Source: Octopus bimaculoides (Eukaryota). Taken from it: a DNA stretch of 38,474 nucleotides. Made by a program: the position numbers and the translations under genes. Of this stretch, positions 32,086 to 38,474 are shown piece by piece. The stretch covers positions 50,089,065 to 50,127,538 of the forward strand of contig NC_068982.1 in NCBI RefSeq assembly GCF_001194135.2, given 5' to 3'. Below the pieces are notes generated by a model that was given only the letters and a program-made list of their open reading frames with translations, did no database searches and was not told the origin of the DNA. Numbering within the stretch: the stretch's first letter is position 1; the number at the start of each line of letters is the position of its first letter.

Positions 32086-32290
32086 TTGTGTGTGTTTGTG
32101 TGTCTGTGTTTGTCCCTCCAACATCGCTTGACAACCGATGCTAGTGTGTTTATGTCCCCGTAACTTAGCGGTTCGGCTAATACAATAGAATAAGTACTAG
32201 GCATCCAACAAATAAGTCCTGGGGTTGTTTTCCTCGACTAAAGGCGGTGCTCCAGCATGGTCAGTCAAATGACTGAAACAAGTAAAGAGT
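31785..32290 (+). mobile_element. SINE family A, complete and young, with a gap in the internal (AT)n
   Basis: AGGTGCAGGAGTGGCTGTGTGGTAAG...GACTAAAGGCGGTGCTCCAGCATGG...GAAACAAGTAAAGAG. Confidence 0.9.
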
Positions 32291-33070
32291 ATGCCATCAA
32301 AATCTCAAAATTACAAGATAATGCATGATTAAATTCAAAACAATGTGAATAAATAAGCATTACATTTGACAGGGTCATTTAAATGCTTAAAAGACACAAT
32401 CATTTCTTCAAAATCTTGAAGCTACAAAGAATGCTAAATCATATTCAGCAACTGAATCAGAATTGTCTTATTCATTGTATTACCTTCTGCATTACCTAAC
32501 AGGTTATATTATTCTAAATCATATAACTAAGTTAGCAATAGTTGATATCTGTTAGTAAAACTATTCATTATATTTTCCAAGGTTCTTTTCTGCCTTTTGA
32601 TCAATTATTTATAAAAAAAAAAAAAACATCATGAAATCTCATGAATATATTATAGTGTATGTTTTTTAAAGTTTAATTCCTTTTTAAACCTAATCGTTGA
32701 AACAAAACCCATTCTCACACAAATACAGCTGTGTGTCTCCAAATGAATATCATGGGACCGAATATTATATTTCAACATACTTAATGTTTGGTAGGAAGTT
32801 AATTGAAAAAAAGGCATTTTTCTTTCTTTTTTTCTTTTTTTCTTTTCAACAAGCCATGTTGAATCATGTGCTTATATTTAATATAGGGATAAATGGTCAT
32901 TCCTGAATCTAATGGATACATTAAACAGTCAAAAATACATCCAGAATTTTTTTTTTTTTTTCCCTTCTTCTTTAAGATGCCCCATAATTAATTTGTTCCT
33001 TTTTCCACTGTGACATGAGTCTTTTCATCTTGCTTCTGTCTCATTGATTTCATGAAACTATCCTTCATAG

Positions 33071-33131
33071 CTGGTGGGCTTCACACTTCCACTAAAGTGC
33101 TGTTATTGGTTCATAAATGGCCACCCAAACA
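33071..33131 (+). CDS. Candidate 61-nt exon
   Basis: Long pyrimidine tract ending TCCTTCATAG, donor CA|GTAAGT; two frames open (LVGFTLPLKCCYWFINGHPN or xGGLHTSTKVLLLVHKWPPK). Confidence 0.2.
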
Positions 33132-33493
33132 GTAAGTGGTTGGGCGTTACATTACAAAATTTGTAGGAAATGAAGAGACAGAAATATTTGAATTGAATTT
33201 TTTGTAGTTTGCCACTTCTCTTGTAGAGAAATCAGTCTGGGATATTTTCTTTTTTTATACTTCATTTGGGAAGCATTTGAAATTTGTTCCGTTATTGAAA
33301 ATAATTTCAAGATTGTTCATAATCCAGATGTTAGCTATTTCATCATCTATGACAATTAATCTTGAAATTTATCAAGCTTAGCAAATCTTTTTAAGGTATT
33401 AGATAAATTAAGCTAGAAGACCTCTTAATCTCAATTTTTCAAATGATTTTGAGGTGGATTCAGCTTCTGTCTAAAATGGTAAATTATAATAGC

Positions 33494-33880
33494 CTTTTAC
33501 CTTTAACTCGTTTCAGTCATTAGACTGCAGCCATGCTGGAGCACCACCTTTAAGAATTTTTAGTCAAATGAATCAACCTCAATACTTTTATTTTTTTTTT
33601 TGTTTAAGCCTAGTACTTATTCTATCAGTCTCTTTGCCAGACCGCTAAGTTACTGGGACATAAATACACCAACACCAGTTGTCAAGCAGTACTAGGAGAT
33701 AGACACAAGCACACACACACACAACAGTCATCTTTCAGTTCTGTCTGCTAAATCCACTTACAAGACTTTGGTTAGTCCAAGGCTATAGGAGACACTTGCC
33801 CAAAGTGCCTACACAGTTGGACTGAACCTGGAACCATGTGGTTGGGAAGCAAGCTCCTTACCGCACAACCACACCTGCAT
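33494..33880 (-). mobile_element. SINE family A, complete
   Basis: 3' module, (CA)n and head present. Confidence 0.85.
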
Positions 33881-34039
33881 CTATCAGTTAAATAATATTT
33901 TACTAGTTACTGAGTGTCATGACTTACCCTTAACAAATATACTCATGTTATTTCAAGTCATTTGAATGCCACTCTTGTTCAAACCTATTAAATGTTCCTA
34001 ATTCTTGTGAAGATTGTCTTGTCCCAATTACTATCTTCA

Positions 34040-34079
34040 ATGGAAAGCGGACGTTAAACGATGATGATGATGATGATGA
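34040..34079 (+). mobile_element. Extremely 5'-truncated (40 bp) RTE tail
   Basis: ATGGAAAGCGGACGTTAAACGATGATGATG identical to the young tails at 7210 and 25273. Confidence 0.8.
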
Positions 34080-34104
34080 AGCATCAAGCTAAATATTGTT
34101 GCAT

Positions 34105-34492
34105 ATGCACAGGCATAGTTGTGTGGTAAGAAGCTTGCTTCCCAACCACATGGTTCCTGGTTCAGTCCCACTGCATAGCACCTTGAGTGAGTGTTTTCTA
34201 TTATAACTTCAGGCCAACCAAAGCTTTGTGAGTGGATTTGGTAGACAGAAACTGAAAGAAGCCTGTTGTTTCTGTGTGTACATGTCTTTGTCTGTGTTTG
34301 TCCATCACCACCACCACTTGACAACTAATGCTGGTGCGTTTATGTCCCTGTAACTTAGCAGTTCAGTAAAAGAGAATGATAGAATAAATATTAGGCTTAA
34401 AAAAGAAAAAGGTTATGGTATCAATACATTTGGCTAAAAAGAATTCTTCAGCACAGCATGGCCATAGTTTAATGACTGAAACAAGTAAAAGA
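34105..34492 (+). mobile_element. SINE family A, complete
   Basis: GTGTGGTAAGAAGCTTGCTTCCCAACC head to AATGACTGAAACAAGTAAAAG tail. Confidence 0.85.
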
Positions 34493-34608
34493 TTGCTTTT
34501 AAAGGTAGATGAAAATTTCATTGATTCCACTCATCATAAGTCTTGATGCATTTAGTCTTGAAAGTCAAATGCAACCAGTTCCCATATTCTTATGTTAAGT
34601 TTCTTGGA

Positions 34609-35000
34609 CTTATTTCAGTCATTAGACTGCAGCCAAGCTTCAGCACCACTTTCGAGCATTTTAGTCGAGTAAATCAACTCCAGTACTTTTTTTTTTTTAA
34701 AGCTTGGTACTTATTCTATTGGTCTCTTTTGCTGAACCACTAAGTTATGGACACATACATAAACACACCAACACTGGTTGTCAAGTGGTGGTGGGAGACA
34801 AACACAGACACAAAGAGTGCATACACATACACACACACACAAGACAGGCTTCTTTCAGTTTATATTTACCATCATATCTACTCACAAAGCTTTGGCCAGC
34901 TCAAGGCTACAGCAGAAGACACTTACCTAAAGTGCCACACAGTGGGACTGAACCCAAATCCATGTAGCTAGGTAGCAGTCTTTTTACCACACAGCTATGT
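34609..35000 (-). mobile_element. SINE family A, complete
   Basis: ACTTATTTCAGTCATTAGACTGCAGCC to TTTTTACCACACAGCTATG. Confidence 0.85.
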
Positions 35001-35130
35001 TTAGTTTCTTGTCTCAAACTCTGAACAAGATATTTTGCTCAACTTCTAAACTGTGTTTCTCTTGTTATTCCTGACAAATTCACGGGCATCTTCATGTGTC
35101 ATCAGAACAGATACTAAAGAATTTATAGCT

Positions 35131-35345
35131 TTAACCCTTTAGCATTCAAACCAACCATATCCTGCCCAAATATTCTACATGTTTCTGTTCAAACCGACCT
35201 CACAGCTAATTTATAATATCATTCTAAAAATGAATTTTTATATCATTGAAATTTTGAAGCTACAAACTGATGAATGATTATTTCAAAATAATGTGAATAA
35301 ATGAGCATTGCATTTAACAGAGTAATCTAAATGCTAATGGGTAAA
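35131..35345. mobile_element. TTAA-type MITE
   Basis: TTAACCCTTTAGCATTC...AAATGCTAATGGGTAAA. Confidence 0.75.
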
Positions 35346-35851
35346 GACTAATTGCTGCTATTGTTGACCTTGCAATCATAACCTTTGTTTAAACTGGTTT
35401 TCTCTCTGACTGAAGTTCTGGATTGTTCTTACTGTCATACAGCTCCAGGTTAGCTTTGATGAAATGCAATCTTAGTTATGTCCATCTCATCTGTTTGTAT
35501 ATAAGAGGATATATTGTCCAATGTTCCTTTATGTAAGGAGCAGGGTATAATTCAAAGGATACTTAGCTGTTATTTCTAGCATATTGACTAACTATATAAA
35601 CTTTCCCTTGTAAACTAATTTGTAATGTGTCAGGGAAAATTACAGTAGTTTGATGTAAGCAGCCAAGACAAGCTTGTATCACACTACAGTATTAAATAAG
35701 AAGGAAATATTAGATAATATAGTCCTATATATATTGTCTGAATAAAAGACAACTTGATCGCAGAATGCCTGTTTAGCCCAAAGGAGCTTACTCTCTCTCT
35801 CTCTCTCTCTCACACATATTATTGTCTTTGTCACTCATTGTTGATATGCAT

Positions 35852-35955
<104 letters not shown>

Positions 35956-36077
35956 TATCCTTTACTCTGTCTTTCATTAACCTGTTTTTCTTCAATCTCT
36001 CTCTCTTCCCTCATCACACTTGTTGTTGGTCTAGTCCATCTCCTTACCAGCAACCAACATACAGCTGCCTGCCTGTC

Positions 36078-36111
<34 letters not shown>

Positions 36112-36179
36112 ATTGCTACTGCCTCTCACTATCTCTCATCACTCAATCTCATTGCCTTGAACTAGTGTTAGTGTCACAG

Positions 36180-36390
36180 TAAAAGGCACTCCATGCACCC
36201 TGTGAAGTGGTAGATGCTAGGAAGGGCATCCAGTCATAGCCAGTGGTTGAACATATTGAGCAAGAATCAGTCCACAACCTGTCTAGGAAGGCAGTACTCA
36301 AAATAAAAACTGACTTGGACAATGATGATTATCCCAAACCATACCAGCATAGAAAGCAAAAGTAAATTGATAATGATAATGATGATAATC
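36180..36390 (+). mobile_element. Degenerate RTE 3'UTR
   Basis: AAAAGGCACT...GCTAGGAAGGGCATCCAG...CCATACCAGCATAGAAAGC then (GAT)n. Confidence 0.6.
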
Positions 36391-37134
36391 ATCATCGTCA
36401 TCATCATCATCATTTCAACAGATGCTTGTTTCTTTGTTGGCATAAGTTTGATATGTCTGCATCACTGAAAGGTCTCGTCATTCATCTCAGGTTTGTATCT
36501 CGTCAGTGAAAAGATGTCAGATATGATTTTAGCTAAAAGTAATTATAAAAATTTTTCATTGCACAGAATTTAAAATATTCTTCAAAATATTACACAACAA
36601 CAAATATACCAAAAAAAAAAGAGAAAGAAAATCTTGTAAAATATATCCAAAACATTGAGACGTGATTGAGGGATGGGGAACAGAAAATGAAGAAAATATT
36701 TAATTATTTGAAACTGAAATTTATTCTAGGAATACTAATAAAATGTCCTTTCCTTTGGCTGATAATGTGGTGAAAAGCATCAAAGAACATGACATACATA
36801 CATAGATATTCCAAATTATTCCAAATATATAATTACAAGATATCTGATAAATTTCAGTTTATATTTATATGTAATGTTGTAGATGGCAGAATCAGTTGGC
36901 CATAAGGCAAAATATATTTGGTTATATTTATTTATGACTTAAGTTCAAATCCTACCCAAGCTGGCATTACTTTTCTCATCTTTCAGAAATCAATAAAATG
37001 TGTATCAATTACATATTGTAATTAATATAATTGAGTAAAAACAGTATTCCAGGTGTGGTCATAGTTTGATGTACCTCTCTCCCCTCTCTTTTTCTCTCTC
37101 TCTATATATATATGTGTATGTGTGTGTGTGTGTG

Positions 37135-37290
37135 TATCATCATCATCATCATCATTTAATGTCCATCTTCCATGTATGCATGGGTAGGACAACTGACAGG
37201 AGCCAGCCAGGTAGAAAACTACCCTGGGCTACTGGTTGCTTAGGCAGGGTTTTTATGGTTGGATGCCTTTTCTAACACTAACCATTCTGT
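37135..37290 (-). mobile_element. RTE 3'UTR remnant
   Basis: (CAT)n-TTTAATGTCCATCTTCCATG...TTTTTATGGTTGGATGCCTTTTCTAACAC. Confidence 0.7.
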
Positions 37291-37509
37291 AATATATGTG
37301 TATATATGTATATATTCATGCTTATATTTATATATGTGTGTGTGTGTATAAATATATATTAAATGATGATGATGATGATGATGATATTGTTTAATAAACA
37401 CAGTTTCTATTTTTATGAGCTGCTAATTGTTTCATGTGATGAAAACGACTCAGAGAGCATTTTACAATATGTTTGGTGCCTCCATGCGTGGCTCAGATCA
37501 AATTTGTTG

Positions 37510-37700
37510 AGGCAGATTTTTCTACGGCCAGATGCCCTTCCTATCACCAACCCTTACCTGTTTTCAAGTAAGATAGCATTTTCCCCATAACTACACACGT
37601 TTTCATGGTAGATTGGCAATGAAGCACACTGGTTTCATGAGAGTGGCTCTTGGTTACAACTATCACACAATGTTGAAGCAAGGAGACAATAGTGCACACA
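37510..37700 (-). mobile_element. Family B element
   Basis: TTCTACGGCCAGATGCCCTTCCTATCACCAACCCTTACCTGTTTTCAAG...TACAACTATCAC...AAGCAAGGAGAC. Confidence 0.7.
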
Positions 37701-37864
37701 CACACACACACACACCACCACCACCACCCCACGCACACACATACACACACACACATACACACACACACATGTACACATATACGACGGGCTTCTTTCAGTT
37801 TCCATCTATCACTTGCAAGGCTTCGGTCAGCTTGGAGCTATAGTAGAAGATGCCTAATCAGGGT

Positions 37865-38078
37865 GCCAGTTTCTAAGCTTTCATTTTGGTCACCATCAGG
37901 TGGTGTAGAAGAGCAGGAATGAAAATTTTACCAAAAATGCTCAGCAAGGTTATTGGTATTGACTCAGATTCTGGAATCAAAGTTTTGATGGGAGACAAAG
38001 ACAGCTGGAGGCAGAGAGTGAAAGATGTTATAGTTTCCTCTGAGGATGGCTATTGCTTCTTCTGCGGCTGCTGCTGCT
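37865..38078 (+). pseudogene. C-terminal fragment of the second LINE family
   Basis: PVSKLSFWSPSG (frameshift) RRAGMKILPKMLSKVIGIDSDSGIKVLMGDKDSWRQRVKDVIVSS, (GCT)n tail; same motif layout as 30794-31075. Confidence 0.55.
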
Positions 38079-38135
38079 AAATTATGATGATATGGTTAGG
38101 TAGATAGATACATACATGCATAAATGTTGTTTTTG

Positions 38136-38474
38136 TTGTTGTTGGCACTCCATCGCTTACGACGTCGAGGGTTCCAGTTGATCCGATCAACAGAACAGCC
38201 TGCTCGTGAAATTAACATGCAAGTGGCTGAGCACTCCACAGACACATGTACCCTTAACGTAGTTCTCGGGGATATTCAGCGCGACACAGTGTGACAAGGC
38301 TGACCCTTTGAATTACAGGCACAACAGAAACAGGAAGTAAGAGTGAGAGAAAGTTGTGGTGAGAGAGTACAGCAGGGTTTGCCACCATCCCCTTGCCGGA
38401 GCCTCGTGGAGCTTTAGGTGTTTTTGCTCAATAAACACTCACAACACCCAGTCTGGGAATCGAAACCACGATCC
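38136..38474 (-). mobile_element. tRNA-derived SINE family E, 5' end beyond the window
   Basis: Minus strand GGATCGTGGTTTCGATTCCCAG B-box, CpG-rich body, ends GGAGTGCCAACAACAAC-like; a fragment also lies at about 3608-3660. Confidence 0.75.

Noticed and set aside
35070-35105. CTGATGA...GTC hammerhead-like string on the minus strand
   Set aside because: No GAAA, and stems I and II do not pair in the required register.

Overview
AT-rich, repeat-saturated eukaryotic DNA with nine N-gaps (2886-3347, 6817-7002, 9110-9119, 15090-15718, 19627-19636, 21508-21607, 24864-25066, 29255-29482, 31963-32046). The repeat repertoire looks like a cephalopod (Octopus-type) genome; this is an inference from remembered repeat motifs, not a database result. 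No complete protein-coding gene is visible. Almost all ORF-track entries are microsatellite, N-gap or SINE artefacts. The recognisable coding remnants are LINE fragments: an RTE reverse-transcriptase segment, two RTE C-termini and two C-termini of a second LINE family. The window otherwise holds several tRNA-derived SINE families (my working labels A, C, D, E), RTE-tailed non-autonomous elements (B), TTAA/piggyBac-type and Tc2-type MITEs, microsatellites and a few short candidate exons with good splice signals. The most striking unexplained signal is a set of minimal type I hammerhead-ribozyme-like motifs of the Penelope type. One is at 27755-27805 with a G3:C8 core pair, two tandem copies at 27027-27073 and 27369-27414 have U3:A8, and a CpG-decayed C3:G8 copy lies at 18092-18118. 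The second U3:A8 copy sits in the loop of a ~170-bp inverted repeat. Repeat boundaries were read by eye and are approximate to about 10-20 nt.
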